Translations under genes and position numbers: made by a program | Source: Candidatus Actinomarina sp. | Lineage (GTDB): Bacteria; Actinomycetota; Acidimicrobiia; Actinomarinales; Actinomarinaceae | DNA: 64,000 nucleotides | Direction: 5' to 3' | Assembly (NCBI GenBank): GCA_038147085.1 | Contig: JAYQSV010000001.1 | Coordinates: 67,447 to 131,446 of the forward strand | In this document: piece by piece, positions 9,520 through 19,398 of the stretch | Layout of the letters: every line of letters starts with the position of its first letter | Position numbering within the stretch: the stretch's first letter is position 1 | Notes under the pieces: model-generated | What the model was told of the DNA's origin: nothing | What the model saw: only the letters and a program-made list of their open reading frames with translations | The model's database searches: none

Positions 9520-10127
9520 TGGTAAGAGTTAATAGAGTCAGAAGGATAATTAGAAAGATAGATCCTTGGACCGTGCTAAAAGTAACCCTGGTTTTAAACT
9601 TTGTAGTTGCATTAACAGTCGTTTTAGGTGTGTCTATTCTCTGGGTCTTGTTAGTAAATGCCGGAGTTCCTCAAGGATTAGAAGATATCGCTAGAAGGCT
9701 TGCCCTGTTAGATGCAGATGCATCTCTAGTTGGAAATATTGAAACTCTTTTTACAGGAGTTGTTTCTCTAGCTGCTGTATATATGTTAACCCAAACAGCA
9801 TTAGCAACAATTGCCGCATTTTTCTACAACTTAGTTTCTGATTTAGTTGGGGGAATTGAAGTTATTGTGCTTGAGGAAACATACAATGATGGAACTGAGT
9901 TAAAACAACCAACTAAAAAGAAAGAAAAAGATACTCAAAAAGAAACTGTTTTAATGTCTCTAGTGAACACTGTTAAAAACTTAAAACCAGAAAAAAAAGA
10001 AGAGCCTGAAATTAAAGTTGAATATCCAAGTTCAGACCTTCCTCGACCAGATGTACCAAGAAATATTGAAGAACCAACTTTGATGGACACATTAAAAAAT
10101 ACTGATAACCAAGAAGAAGATTTTTAA
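9519..10127 (+). CDS. DUF3566-like membrane protein
   Basis: 202 aa, ATG overlaps the gyrA stop. N-terminal RKIDPWTVLKV followed by TM helices, as in the actinobacterial gene that follows gyrA. Confidence 0.6.
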   Translation: MVRVNRVRRIIRKIDPWTVLKVTLVLNFVVALTVVLGVSILWVLLVNAGVPQGLEDIARRLALLDADASLVGNIETLFTGVVSLAAVYMLTQTALATIAAFFYNLVSDLVGGIEVIVLEETYNDGTELKQPTKKKEKDTQKETVLMSLVNTVKNLKPEKKEEPEIKVEYPSSDLPRPDVPRNIEEPTLMDTLKNTDNQEEDF

Positions 10128-10154
10128 CTTCCTGCTAGTATTTTTTAACGAAAC

Positions 10155-10235
10155 ATTAAAGCGAAGCTAGTGAAAACCTAGCACTGTCCCGCAACTGTGA
10201 TTCGAAAGATAAGTCAGGTCGACTCTAGTGTTTTT
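10155..10235 (+). promoter_or_regulatory. Cobalamin riboswitch (short form)
   Basis: AGTGAAAACC...GCACTGTCCCGCAACTGTGA...AAGTCAGGTCGAC matches conserved cobalamin-riboswitch core segments (GGUGAAAAUCC, GCUGUCCCCGCAACUGU, and the B12 box AGCCAGGAGACC). It lies 26 nt upstream of a BtuF-like gene. Confidence 0.75.
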
Positions 10236-10260
10236 AAAATAACCTCGAGAGAAGGAAATA

Positions 10261-11190
10261 ATGAAGCCTAAAATATTAATACTTGCAGCAATTTTTTCTA
10301 TGTGCACAAGTTCAAATGTAAATACTTCTGAGTTAAAGATTGTTTCCTTATCTACTACCCATACAGAAATCATTGATTCACTTGGTGCAGCAGAAAACCT
10401 TGTTGGCATAGACTCTTTTTATCAAACAGATTTACCAATTAAGAGAATTGATGCTTATACAGTAACAGCGGAAGATTTAAAACTGTTAAATCCTGACTTA
10501 GTAGTCGTAGCATTTGATTTCAACAACATTGTTGAGGGACTAGAAAAAAATAAAATTAACTATATATTTTTACCACCAGCTAAAAACTTGGAAGAAGTTT
10601 ATTTACAAATACAAAAAGTTGGAGAAATGGTTCAGAAAGAACAAGCAGCCACTTCGATTGTTGAAGATATGAAATCAAAAATAGATTCACTAATTAAAAA
10701 CAATGATTTTGGCGATGTTTCAGTTTTCCATGAGATTGGGTATTCTTACGGCTTATATACAGTTAACCAAAATGCTTTGATTGGAAATATTTATAACACT
10801 TTAGGGGTCACGAATATTGCAAACTTAGAAGAAGACATTTACGGTTCTGGATATCCAGAATTTACTGATGAAAAAGTCATTGAAGCAAACCCAGATTTCA
10901 TCATTGTTGGACACTCAGATTACCTCAACAAAGATCTTTCAACTAGACCAGGATGGAACAACTTAAAAGCTGTTTCCTCAGGTAACGTTTATTTCTTAGA
11001 TGAAAACCTAGCAAACAATTGGGGAACTACGACACTCCAACTTGTAGAAAATATAGTATTAACTATTGGAGAATCTAATAAAAAAACCGAAATACAAGGC
11101 ACCTATTTGTTAATATCAATATTGGCTTTTATGTTTATATTTAATTTTGGTTTCAAAAGAATCAATAGAAAAACTAAGGAGAAAGTATGA
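10261..11190 (+). CDS. Periplasmic-binding-protein family (BtuF/FecB-like) substrate-binding lipoprotein
   Basis: 309 aa with an N-terminal signal/lipobox-like AAIFSMCTSS and IVSLSTTHTEIIDSLGAAENLVGID, typical of cluster-A SBPs. Has a C-terminal TM helix plus a basic tail. Preceded by the B12 riboswitch. Confidence 0.7.
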   Translation: MKPKILILAAIFSMCTSSNVNTSELKIVSLSTTHTEIIDSLGAAENLVGIDSFYQTDLPIKRIDAYTVTAEDLKLLNPDLVVVAFDFNNIVEGLEKNKINYIFLPPAKNLEEVYLQIQKVGEMVQKEQAATSIVEDMKSKIDSLIKNNDFGDVSVFHEIGYSYGLYTVNQNALIGNIYNTLGVTNIANLEEDIYGSGYPEFTDEKVIEANPDFIIVGHSDYLNKDLSTRPGWNNLKAVSSGNVYFLDENLANNWGTTTLQLVENIVLTIGESNKKTEIQGTYLLISILAFMFIFNFGFKRINRKTKEKV

Positions 11191-12095
11191 AAGGCTATAA
11201 TAACGATCTTTATATTCTTGCGTTTGACCACAGGGGAACGTTAACTAAAGGTTTATTAGGAGTAGATGGCAGAGAACCTTCCCAAGAGGAAATTAGTAGA
11301 GTCTCTGAGATGAAAAATATCATTTTTGATGGATTTTTGAGCGCAAAAGAGTCTGGAATATCAGGTGGTGATCCAGCAATACTTGTTGATGAGGCATTTG
11401 GTTTACAAGTACAAAATAAAGCTAAAGAACTTGGAATAAAGTTTGCAGCTCCTGTAGAAAAATCAGGTCAAAAAGTATTTGATTTTGAATATGGTGATGA
11501 TTTTGGAAACAAAATTGAAGAAGTCGGTGCTGATTTTGTAAAAATATTGGTTAGGTGGAATCCAGACGACCCAGCCGAAACAAGAGAAATTCAAGGTTCT
11601 AGAATTAAAACACTCTCAGATTGGTTAGATGACAACGGAAGAAAATTTTTACTAGAATTTTTAGTCCCAGCTTCAGAAGCTCAACTTGCTAGTGTTGACG
11701 GAGATCAAGCTAGATACGATTCTGAAATTAGACCTAAACTTGCTGTTCAGGTTGTTGAGGAAATGAGAGAAAAAGGGGCAGACCCAGATATTTGGAAAAT
11801 CGAAGGTTTAGATACTAAAGAAGCATGTCAAAACGTTGCATCTGTTATAAAAAGTGGTGGCAGAGAAGACGTTATTGCTGTTGTTCTTGGTAGGGGTGCC
11901 AACGACGAGAAAGTTAATGAATGGCTTAGAGCAGGAGCTTCAGTTGATGGATATAAAGGATTTGCAATTGGAAGATCTATTTTTTGGGATTCATTAAAAG
12001 GTTGGCATGCTGGAGATAAATCAAGAGAACAAGCTGTTTCCGAAATTGCAAACTCTTATTTAAGTTTTATCTCTGTTTATCAAAACGGTAACTAA
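11187..12095 (+). CDS. TIM-barrel aldolase-like protein (DUF2090 / class I aldolase-like)
   Basis: 302 aa. The N-terminal LYILAFDHRGTL resembles the DUF2090/IolC C-terminal domain family. Adjacent to the PPi-PFK gene. The family assignment is from memory. Confidence 0.45.
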   Translation: MKGYNNDLYILAFDHRGTLTKGLLGVDGREPSQEEISRVSEMKNIIFDGFLSAKESGISGGDPAILVDEAFGLQVQNKAKELGIKFAAPVEKSGQKVFDFEYGDDFGNKIEEVGADFVKILVRWNPDDPAETREIQGSRIKTLSDWLDDNGRKFLLEFLVPASEAQLASVDGDQARYDSEIRPKLAVQVVEEMREKGADPDIWKIEGLDTKEACQNVASVIKSGGREDVIAVVLGRGANDEKVNEWLRAGASVDGYKGFAIGRSIFWDSLKGWHAGDKSREQAVSEIANSYLSFISVYQNGN

Positions 12096-12098
12096 TTA

Positions 12099-13301
12099 AT
12101 GCCAAAAGGTAAGGCAATAATTGGACAATCAGGTGGTCCAACCGCTGTAATAAACAAATCTCTTGTTGGTTTCATAAAAGAAGCTGTTCAAGCAGACTTT
12201 GATCAAGTTATTGGAGCTAGGCATGGTTTGCAGGGAATGTTGAAAAAAGATTTTGTTGACCTCTCTAGTCTTAACGAAAGTCAGCTATATGGAATTGGTA
12301 AAACTCCAGCTGCTGCTTTAGGTTCAGTAAGAAAAAAACCTACAGATAATGATATAGAACAACTAGTAGAAATATTTGAACAAGAAGGTATTCGAAACTT
12401 TTTCTACATTGGAGGAAACGACTCAGCTGAAACAGCGAATCTGGTCTCAGAAGGAGCAAAAAAAATAGGCTATGAGATGAAAGCATTTCATATTCCTAAA
12501 ACTATTGATAATGACTTACTAGAAACCGACCATTGTCCAGGATATGGATCAGCTGCAAGATTTGTTGCACATGCATTTCAAGGCGATGATGCAGACAACA
12601 GAAGTTTGAAAGGTATAAAAATTAATGTTCTTATGGGTAGACATGCTGGATGGTTAACAGCCGCAAGTACACTAGGGAAATCAAATGAAGACGACGGCCC
12701 TCATTTGGTTTATGTTCCAGAAAAAGTTTTTAAAATTGAAAATTTTCTTAAAGAAGTAAAAGAAGTTTATGATTCACTTGGTCGTTGTGTTGTTGCTGTT
12801 TCTGAAGGAATACATAATGAAAAAGGAGAGTATTTTTTACAAACCTATGCAAAAGAATCTGGGTCAGGTCTTGCTGGAAAAACAGATAGTCATGGAAACA
12901 TTCAGCTTTCAGGTTCAGGTGCACTTGGAGATACATTAACCAATTTAGTTTCAGAGCATATTGATGGAGCAAGAGTTAGAGCAGACACCTTTGGTTATTT
13001 ACAACGTTCTTTTTTAGCAGACGTATCTGAAGTGGATGCAGAAGAAGCTGAAAGAGTTGGTCAATATGCTGTGGTTGCATCACAAGAAAGAGACAGTGGT
13101 TCAGTTATTTTGAAACGACAGTTCTCTGAAAAATATTTTTGTGATGTTGATGTGGTTGATTTACATAAAGTTGCAAAACACACTAAAGATATGCCTCCAG
13201 AGTTTCTTGATGAAACTAAACCTTATGTTACTAATGACTTTTTTGAATATGCTATGCCTTTAACCGGCGGTATAGAACCAAAAACTCAATTATTTGTGTA
13301 G
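12099..13301 (+). CDS. pfp: Pyrophosphate-dependent 6-phosphofructokinase
   Basis: 400 aa PFK fold. It has IGGNDS where ATP-PFK has GGDGS, so the Gly104 equivalent is Asp. It has PKTIDND where ATP-PFK has PGTIDND, so the Gly124 equivalent is Lys. Both substitutions are PPi-dependence signatures. Confidence 0.85.
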   Translation: MPKGKAIIGQSGGPTAVINKSLVGFIKEAVQADFDQVIGARHGLQGMLKKDFVDLSSLNESQLYGIGKTPAAALGSVRKKPTDNDIEQLVEIFEQEGIRNFFYIGGNDSAETANLVSEGAKKIGYEMKAFHIPKTIDNDLLETDHCPGYGSAARFVAHAFQGDDADNRSLKGIKINVLMGRHAGWLTAASTLGKSNEDDGPHLVYVPEKVFKIENFLKEVKEVYDSLGRCVVAVSEGIHNEKGEYFLQTYAKESGSGLAGKTDSHGNIQLSGSGALGDTLTNLVSEHIDGARVRADTFGYLQRSFLADVSEVDAEEAERVGQYAVVASQERDSGSVILKRQFSEKYFCDVDVVDLHKVAKHTKDMPPEFLDETKPYVTNDFFEYAMPLTGGIEPKTQLFV

Positions 13302-13733
13302 ATGTCAAAAATAGAACTTTCTAGAAATGATTTTGAGGCATTCTGGGAAGCAACAGTAAGATATTATGAACTTGATCCACAAGGTGTAATGCATAACGCA
13401 AACCATGTTGCTTTTTTTGACCAAGCAATTACTGCATACTTTAAGTTTATTAATTACGACTACTTAAAAGACATTGAAGAAACAAACAAAGATTTCCACA
13501 CAGTTCAAGTGTTGGTTCAATATAACAAACCATTGTATTTTGACAACCAGGTTGAAATCGGAGTAAAGGTAAAAAGCATTGGTAATACAAGTATGACATG
13601 GGTTATGGGTATGTTTTTAAAAGACACTGGTGAATTAGTTAGTAGTTGTGAAGCGGTACATGTATACACTGATCAGTCAACAATGAAGCCAACTCCTATA
13701 ACTGATGAATTAAAATCTAAACTACAGAATTAA
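13302..13733 (+). CDS. Hotdog-fold acyl-CoA thioesterase (4HBT/YbgC-like)
   Basis: 143 aa. Size and the pattern VRYYELDPQGVMHNANHVAFFDQA are typical of the 4HBT family. Confidence 0.65.
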   Translation: MSKIELSRNDFEAFWEATVRYYELDPQGVMHNANHVAFFDQAITAYFKFINYDYLKDIEETNKDFHTVQVLVQYNKPLYFDNQVEIGVKVKSIGNTSMTWVMGMFLKDTGELVSSCEAVHVYTDQSTMKPTPITDELKSKLQN

Positions 13734-13762
13734 TAACAAGTTTAAGTTTTATAATTAGTCAA

Positions 13763-14869
13763 ATGAATAAGAGGAGATATGATATTGACGCATTAAGGTC
13801 AATAGCACTATTTTTGTTGATTTTTTATCATCTTGGCCAATCATTTACATACAATGCAAGAAATATTTTATTTGTTCAAAACAAAAGAGTTGTAGAAGAA
13901 ATTTGGATAATTTTAAATCTACTAAATTCTTGGAGAATACCTCTTGTATTTTTAATTGCCGGAATAGCATTAAGACTTTCTTTTTCTAAAAGATCACAAA
14001 CCAAAATATTAAAAGAGAGATTAAAAGTATTGGGCATACCGTGGGTTTTTGGATCCCTAGTGTTTGCCAGCTTATCAGCTTACATAACTGCAAAATTCTA
14101 TGGTTTTTCGTTTTTTTACAAAGTAAGCAACTTAGTTCCTTTTGTATTTGAGTACAACGGCCTACACATGTGGTTTGTATTGTATATCCTAACTTTTTGT
14201 CTTATCACAATTCCCTTTTTAAAAATCATTTCAAATACCAAGGAAAAAGATACAATTTTTTCGAAAATTTTAAATACACAAGGTGGAATTTTCTTATTTT
14301 CCATACCTGTAATTTTGGAAGGGCAGCTATTAAATGAATTAAGGTTTGACTTTAGTGTTGATTATGGAAAATATTACCAAGAGTATGCAAATACAAGTCA
14401 CGGATTTGTACTTGGTTTTATATGGTTTTTGATTGGAATTATTTTAACTTCACAAGGTGATGCTTTTTGGGAATCAAACAAAAGAAATTGGAAAATACAC
14501 CTAGTACTTGGATTATTGTCTTACTTATATAGATTATTTAATGGATTTGAAAGTGGTTTTGCTTTAGACAACAGACTAATTGCGTTTGAGTCATTTAATT
14601 TTATTTTCTTATTGTTAGGTTTAGGTGCTGTGTATTTAAATAAAGATTCTCCACAGTTAACTTATTACAAAACTGCTGTTTACCCAGTTTATATTGTTCA
14701 CCTACCTGTACAAATGTTTGTAATGTTTTACCTTTCAAAAATTGATTTACACCCAGTTATTAAATTTCCTTTAGCGTTATTTCTCATTTGTTTTCTGAGT
14801 CTTACCATTTATCATGCTGTTAAGAATAGTAAATACTTACGCCCACTCTTTGGATTAAGGAAAAATTAA
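13763..14869 (+). CDS. Acyltransferase family 3 integral membrane protein
   Basis: 368 aa polytopic protein. N-terminal RYDIDALRSIALFLLIFYHL is typical of acyltransferase_3/OpgC-like proteins. Confidence 0.65.
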   Translation: MNKRRYDIDALRSIALFLLIFYHLGQSFTYNARNILFVQNKRVVEEIWIILNLLNSWRIPLVFLIAGIALRLSFSKRSQTKILKERLKVLGIPWVFGSLVFASLSAYITAKFYGFSFFYKVSNLVPFVFEYNGLHMWFVLYILTFCLITIPFLKIISNTKEKDTIFSKILNTQGGIFLFSIPVILEGQLLNELRFDFSVDYGKYYQEYANTSHGFVLGFIWFLIGIILTSQGDAFWESNKRNWKIHLVLGLLSYLYRLFNGFESGFALDNRLIAFESFNFIFLLLGLGAVYLNKDSPQLTYYKTAVYPVYIVHLPVQMFVMFYLSKIDLHPVIKFPLALFLICFLSLTIYHAVKNSKYLRPLFGLRKN

Positions 14870-14908
14870 ATTATTTGAACCACCTGTAAAAAATAATTAA
14901 GATTATAG

Positions 14909-17410
14909 GTGTACGCTAAAAAATATATATTATTTATTTTCCTTTTATTAATTTTTTCCTCCTGTGGTTCAAATGGTTCTTCAAATGAAGAGGTGTCATC
15001 TATAGAATATAACGATGATGAAGACGAAAACGATAACTTCGATGATGAAGACGAAAATGATAACTTCGATGATGAAGACGAAAATGATAACTTCGATGAT
15101 GAAGACGAAAACGATAACTTCGATGATGAAGACGAAAACCAAGAATTTTGTGACGACTGTTTAGTTAGTGATGGTTCTAATTGGCTTAATCTTATGCAAA
15201 ATTACGGTAACTATACACCACCTGCTTATCCGAAATTTCAATCACCACCCATCTCAAATACAGTTTGGAATCAAGTAAACGGACCTTACGCTTCTGTAAT
15301 TGTTGATGTGGAAAAAACTAATGGAGGCTTTTGGGCTGGTACAGATGGTGATACACTATCGTACAGTCAAATTTATTTTGTTGACAGTAAAGATTTAACC
15401 TGGTCAATTAAATATTATATTAGAAATCCATTAGTGGATATTGCTGTTGACCCAAATAACTCAAACCATGTTGCTTTTGCTGTTGGAGCTGGTTGGGACG
15501 ATCCTTCAACAATTTATTTGTCAACTGATAGCGGAAGCAGTTGGAATAATGTAACACCAGAAAATATCTCAGCTTACCAAGCACTTGCATTTTCAAAAAG
15601 TAATCCTCTAAAAGTTTATGCAGCAGGGTTTAACGAAGTTGATAAAGTCAGAAATTTTTATATTTATTCTTCAGAAAATTTTGGAGCAACATGGACTAAA
15701 TCAAAACCTTTACCAGAGTATGAAATGAAATCCTCAGCAGTATATGGTATTCGAGATATAGGAATTGAATTTATAGAGACGCATCAAACTAATAATAATA
15801 TTTTGTATGTTGGAACCAGCTACGGTCTTCTATACACAGAAGATGGTGGTAATACCTGGACAAACCTTCTTGAAGATTACAGTCAACAAGACGTGACAAG
15901 TATTGCAATTTCAGAATCAAATCCAAATTTGATTTACTTAAGGGTAGGGAATAACAACTCAGTAGAATGTAATGCGGTTGATGATCTCAGAGAAGAAGAA
16001 TGGGAAGATGAAGATGCTCAAGATGAAGAGGTAAAGGAAGCAATAATTACTTACTGTCCAATTGTCTTACAGTCCAATGATGGAGGTAAATCATGGGGTG
16101 ATTATGGAGATAGTTATATGCTTAGTGGTGATTCAGCTGAGGGAAATGTTTTAATTAGTTCTTATGATGATAACTATATTTATAATGTTTGGTCAAGAAT
16201 AGTAATCCAATCTAAAGATGCTGGAGAAACATGGGAAAAGTTTTTTGGTACTCCGGATTATCCGCACATTCCAGATGTAGGAATACATAAACTTTTGTCA
16301 GGTGATAGTTTAACTGAATTGTATTTAGGTGGAATAGGTGGATTTTTTAAATCAAATGACCGAGGTACAACATGGGTACCTCAAAACACAGGCGTTAGTG
16401 GAACTGACGTATTAGATATAGAGTTTGCTGCTGATGGGACGGTATTTGCTGCAACTCAAAATCATGGAGTTTGGAAAAGTTACGATAGGGGAATAAATTG
16501 GACTTATGCTTCCTTTGGTATAAAGAGTTTTTATGGAATGCAACTTCTCCCACACCCAACCAATCCAGATATAGTCTACTACACAACCTCAGGCGGATTA
16601 TATAAAACAACTGACGGTGGTAATTTGTGGAAAATCTCTGAATCTTTGTGTCCCAGTATTGAAGCTAACAGCTGGACATGCCATTATCACGGTTTAATTA
16701 TTGATCCTGAAAACCCAGAACATATTTTAATTGGAGGTGGAGGTGACGATGGAACTCCAGACGGTGTTGGAGTAAACAAATCATTTAATAGTGGTAAAGA
16801 ATGGAATGAATCAGATGAAGGTTTTGTTAGAGATATACATGTTAGTAAGATGGCTGTTGACCCAAATAACTTTAATATATTCTATGCAACCTCTCAAGGA
16901 GCTGTTACAGGGATTGAGAAATCTTCAGAAGGAGCGGGTGTTTTTAAAAGTACTGATAAGGGTGCAACTTGGAAACAAATTAATAATGGATTAAATACAT
17001 TAGAAACAAATGTAATTGTCATAGATCCTAACAACAGTAACACTCTTTATTTAGGCACTGATGATGACGGCCTTTATAAAAGCACTAACGGTGGGGAAAG
17101 TTGGCAAAAAATGTATTTCCCGAACGTGCCAAATACGTTTGGCGTTGGTGATATAGTTGTTGATCCTAAGAATAGCAATAATGTCTATGTAGGGACTTTA
17201 GACTATTTTAGATTAGCAGTAGATCCAGGAAGGGGAATTATTGGAGAATATGGTATCTTCAAAACAACTAATGCTGGTGAAACTTGGGAGGAGTTTAACG
17301 ATGGATTAATCTATCCAGGTATTTACTCACTTGTAATTGATAAAGATAACAGGACACTTTTGGCTGGCACAAGAAGAGGAGGAATATTTTGGATTAAATT
17401 AGATAATTAA
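14909..17410 (+). CDS. Large secreted lipoprotein with an acidic tandem repeat and about 12 BNR/Asp-box beta-propeller repeats (GTG start)
   Basis: Lipobox LLIFSSCGS. Carries (DDEDENDNF)x4.7. Repeated S/T-x-D-x-G-x-T/S-W motifs include STDSGSSW, TEDGGNTW, SNDGGKSW, SKDAGETW, TTDGGNLW, STDKGATW, STNGGESW and TTNAGETW. Confidence 0.7.
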   Translation: MYAKKYILFIFLLLIFSSCGSNGSSNEEVSSIEYNDDEDENDNFDDEDENDNFDDEDENDNFDDEDENDNFDDEDENQEFCDDCLVSDGSNWLNLMQNYGNYTPPAYPKFQSPPISNTVWNQVNGPYASVIVDVEKTNGGFWAGTDGDTLSYSQIYFVDSKDLTWSIKYYIRNPLVDIAVDPNNSNHVAFAVGAGWDDPSTIYLSTDSGSSWNNVTPENISAYQALAFSKSNPLKVYAAGFNEVDKVRNFYIYSSENFGATWTKSKPLPEYEMKSSAVYGIRDIGIEFIETHQTNNNILYVGTSYGLLYTEDGGNTWTNLLEDYSQQDVTSIAISESNPNLIYLRVGNNNSVECNAVDDLREEEWEDEDAQDEEVKEAIITYCPIVLQSNDGGKSWGDYGDSYMLSGDSAEGNVLISSYDDNYIYNVWSRIVIQSKDAGETWEKFFGTPDYPHIPDVGIHKLLSGDSLTELYLGGIGGFFKSNDRGTTWVPQNTGVSGTDVLDIEFAADGTVFAATQNHGVWKSYDRGINWTYASFGIKSFYGMQLLPHPTNPDIVYYTTSGGLYKTTDGGNLWKISESLCPSIEANSWTCHYHGLIIDPENPEHILIGGGGDDGTPDGVGVNKSFNSGKEWNESDEGFVRDIHVSKMAVDPNNFNIFYATSQGAVTGIEKSSEGAGVFKSTDKGATWKQINNGLNTLETNVIVIDPNNSNTLYLGTDDDGLYKSTNGGESWQKMYFPNVPNTFGVGDIVVDPKNSNNVYVGTLDYFRLAVDPGRGIIGEYGIFKTTNAGETWEEFNDGLIYPGIYSLVIDKDNRTLLAGTRRGGIFWIKLDN
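15014..15139 (+). repeat. 27-bp in-frame tandem repeat, 4.7 copies
   Basis: GATGATGAAGACGAAAAYGATAACTTC at 15014, 15041, 15068 and 15095, plus a partial copy at 15122. The only variable site is a synonymous C/T. Confidence 0.95.
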
Positions 17411-18690
17411 ATAAAAATTGTAAATTTAGCTCCACCAAAACTTGATTCACTTACCTCTATTTTCCAACCTAGTTTTTCTATAGCAGCTTTCACAATACTT
17501 AAACCAAGACCACTTCCTCCATGACCTCTAGTCCTTGATTCATCTTCTTGAAAAAAGGGATTAAATATTAAATCGTAATTTTCTAGTAAGATACCATCCC
17601 CGTCATCTTCAACAATTATTGTTTTGACACCCTCAACAACACAAGTTTGAATTTGGGCTTTTGTATCTTTAAATTTGATTGAATTACTTATTAAGTTGTT
17701 GAGAATAATCTTTAGAAGTCCTAAGTTTGTATCAATTTCAAGTTTGTCTGTGTTAACAAATTCTATATCATATCCTCTATCAATAATTAGATCTGATATT
17801 ACATTCGTTAAATTAAGTGGTTCTACAGGGTAATCAGTTTTTTTGATTTCACTAAGTAAAAGTAGAGACTCTAAGGTTTCTTCAATTTCACTAACATCAT
17901 CTTTTATACCTTTTACAAGATTTTGATCAATATTCTCTGCATTTGCGAGTTTTTCCAGCTGTAAATTTAAACTTGTTAGAGGAGTTTTTAATTCATGTGA
18001 AGCATTTTCAACAAATTGCTTTTGGCTTTTAGAACTTAAATGAGTTTTTTCTAACAAACCATTAAAAGTTTTTATCAATTTACCCACTTCATCGTTAGAT
18101 CCAAGTTCTTTTAACTTATCTAAGTTTTTTAACGGCTCAAGTTTAGAAACTTTAGATATAGTTTCTTTAACCGGTCTAAATGCAATAGTTGTAGCGAGCA
18201 ATACACCAATGACAACTAAAAATCCTATAAAAAGATAAATCCTAAAAAAATCTCTCTGGAAGGGATCAATAAATTCTCTTGGAGCAGAGTTGTTGTAAGC
18301 AACAACTACAGTAACTTTTCCATCTGCACTTGTAGTTTTTTTGTATGTAAATTCTTTTAGTTCAGCAAGCCCTTTAATATTTTGAAGATCATGCATTCTT
18401 CCAAACCTTGGTGGAAAATAACTTCCTTCTCTAATTAATTGTCCTGAAGCATTGTCATACAAAAGAACAAAATAATTATTTATTCTTGGCATATCATCAC
18501 GTTCTAAGCTTGTATAATCTTCAGCTAGTTCTTCAAGGAGTTCGTTGCTGTCAAAATTTAGAGTTTGAGAGTATCTAGACTCTGCAAGATTTTGTAAAAT
18601 TCCTGGAATAAAAAATATTCCAATAAATAGAGTTACTAATGTAATTATGAGTATTTTTGTTCTAATACCTAATTTCTTCATTAATTCCAC
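17407..18690 (-). CDS. Two-component sensor histidine kinase
   Basis: 427 aa with two TM segments flanking an extracytoplasmic domain. H-box ASHELKTPLTSL, and an HATPase region with DDGDGI and GGSGLGLSIV. Confidence 0.85.
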   Translation of the reverse strand: MELMKKLGIRTKILIITLVTLFIGIFFIPGILQNLAESRYSQTLNFDSNELLEELAEDYTSLERDDMPRINNYFVLLYDNASGQLIREGSYFPPRFGRMHDLQNIKGLAELKEFTYKKTTSADGKVTVVVAYNNSAPREFIDPFQRDFFRIYLFIGFLVVIGVLLATTIAFRPVKETISKVSKLEPLKNLDKLKELGSNDEVGKLIKTFNGLLEKTHLSSKSQKQFVENASHELKTPLTSLNLQLEKLANAENIDQNLVKGIKDDVSEIEETLESLLLLSEIKKTDYPVEPLNLTNVISDLIIDRGYDIEFVNTDKLEIDTNLGLLKIILNNLISNSIKFKDTKAQIQTCVVEGVKTIIVEDDGDGILLENYDLIFNPFFQEDESRTRGHGGSGLGLSIVKAAIEKLGWKIEVSESSFGGAKFTIFI

Positions 18691-19355
18691 CTATAGCCAA
18701 AACCGCGCACAGTTTTAATTTTTTCATCAACTTTATAAGGCTTTAACTTTTTTCTAAGGTAGCCAATATAAACTTCAACATTATTAAGTTCTTCCTCTTT
18801 AGGATATAAGTTATCCCAGACTTCCTCTAGTAATTCTTGTTTGGAAATTACCGTTCCAGTATTTTCAATAAGGTTTGCAAGAAGATCAAATTCTCTTTCC
18901 GATAAGTCTATTTCTGTATCTTTAAAAGTTACACTTCTTGCTTCTATATCTATTTTTAAATCCTCATCTATTAAAACACTTCCTTTATTTTTATTTCTTC
19001 TTAAAAGTGCTCTTACTCTTGCTTTTAACTCAACTGAAGAAAAAGGCTTTTTTAAATAATCATCAGCCCCAGTATCTAAGCCTTCTTCAAGGTCATACTC
19101 ACCACTTTTTGCAGTCAACATTAATATTGGTGTTTGATTTCCTACAGATCGTAACTTTGAACATACTTTAAACCCATTCATTTTTGGCAGCATGATATCT
19201 AGTAATATTAAATTGTATGGTTCTTCTAATGCTTTAAAGAAACCAGATTCCCCATCAAACTCTTGGTCGACAACATAATTTTCTTCTTCAAGCAGTTCTT
19301 TTACAAGACCAGAAATTTTCTCATCATCTTCTATCAGCAAGATTTTTTTCGCCAT
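18681..19355 (-). CDS. OmpR-family response regulator
   Basis: 224 aa. The receiver domain has ILLIEDDE and LDIMLPKMNG. The C-terminal winged helix ends in IKTVRGFGYRW. Confidence 0.9.
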   Translation of the reverse strand: MAKKILLIEDDEKISGLVKELLEEENYVVDQEFDGESGFFKALEEPYNLILLDIMLPKMNGFKVCSKLRSVGNQTPILMLTAKSGEYDLEEGLDTGADDYLKKPFSSVELKARVRALLRRNKNKGSVLIDEDLKIDIEARSVTFKDTEIDLSEREFDLLANLIENTGTVISKQELLEEVWDNLYPKEEELNNVEVYIGYLRKKLKPYKVDEKIKTVRGFGYRWN

Positions 19356-19398
19356 AGATTAATGATGACAATTTAAAAATTTAATGCAAGGTTGAATT

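Noticed and set aside
15014-15139. Regularly spaced 27-bp repeats that might be taken for a CRISPR array
   Set aside because: The repeats are directly adjacent with no spacers. They are in frame inside a long CDS, encode DDEDENDNF, and there are no cas genes.
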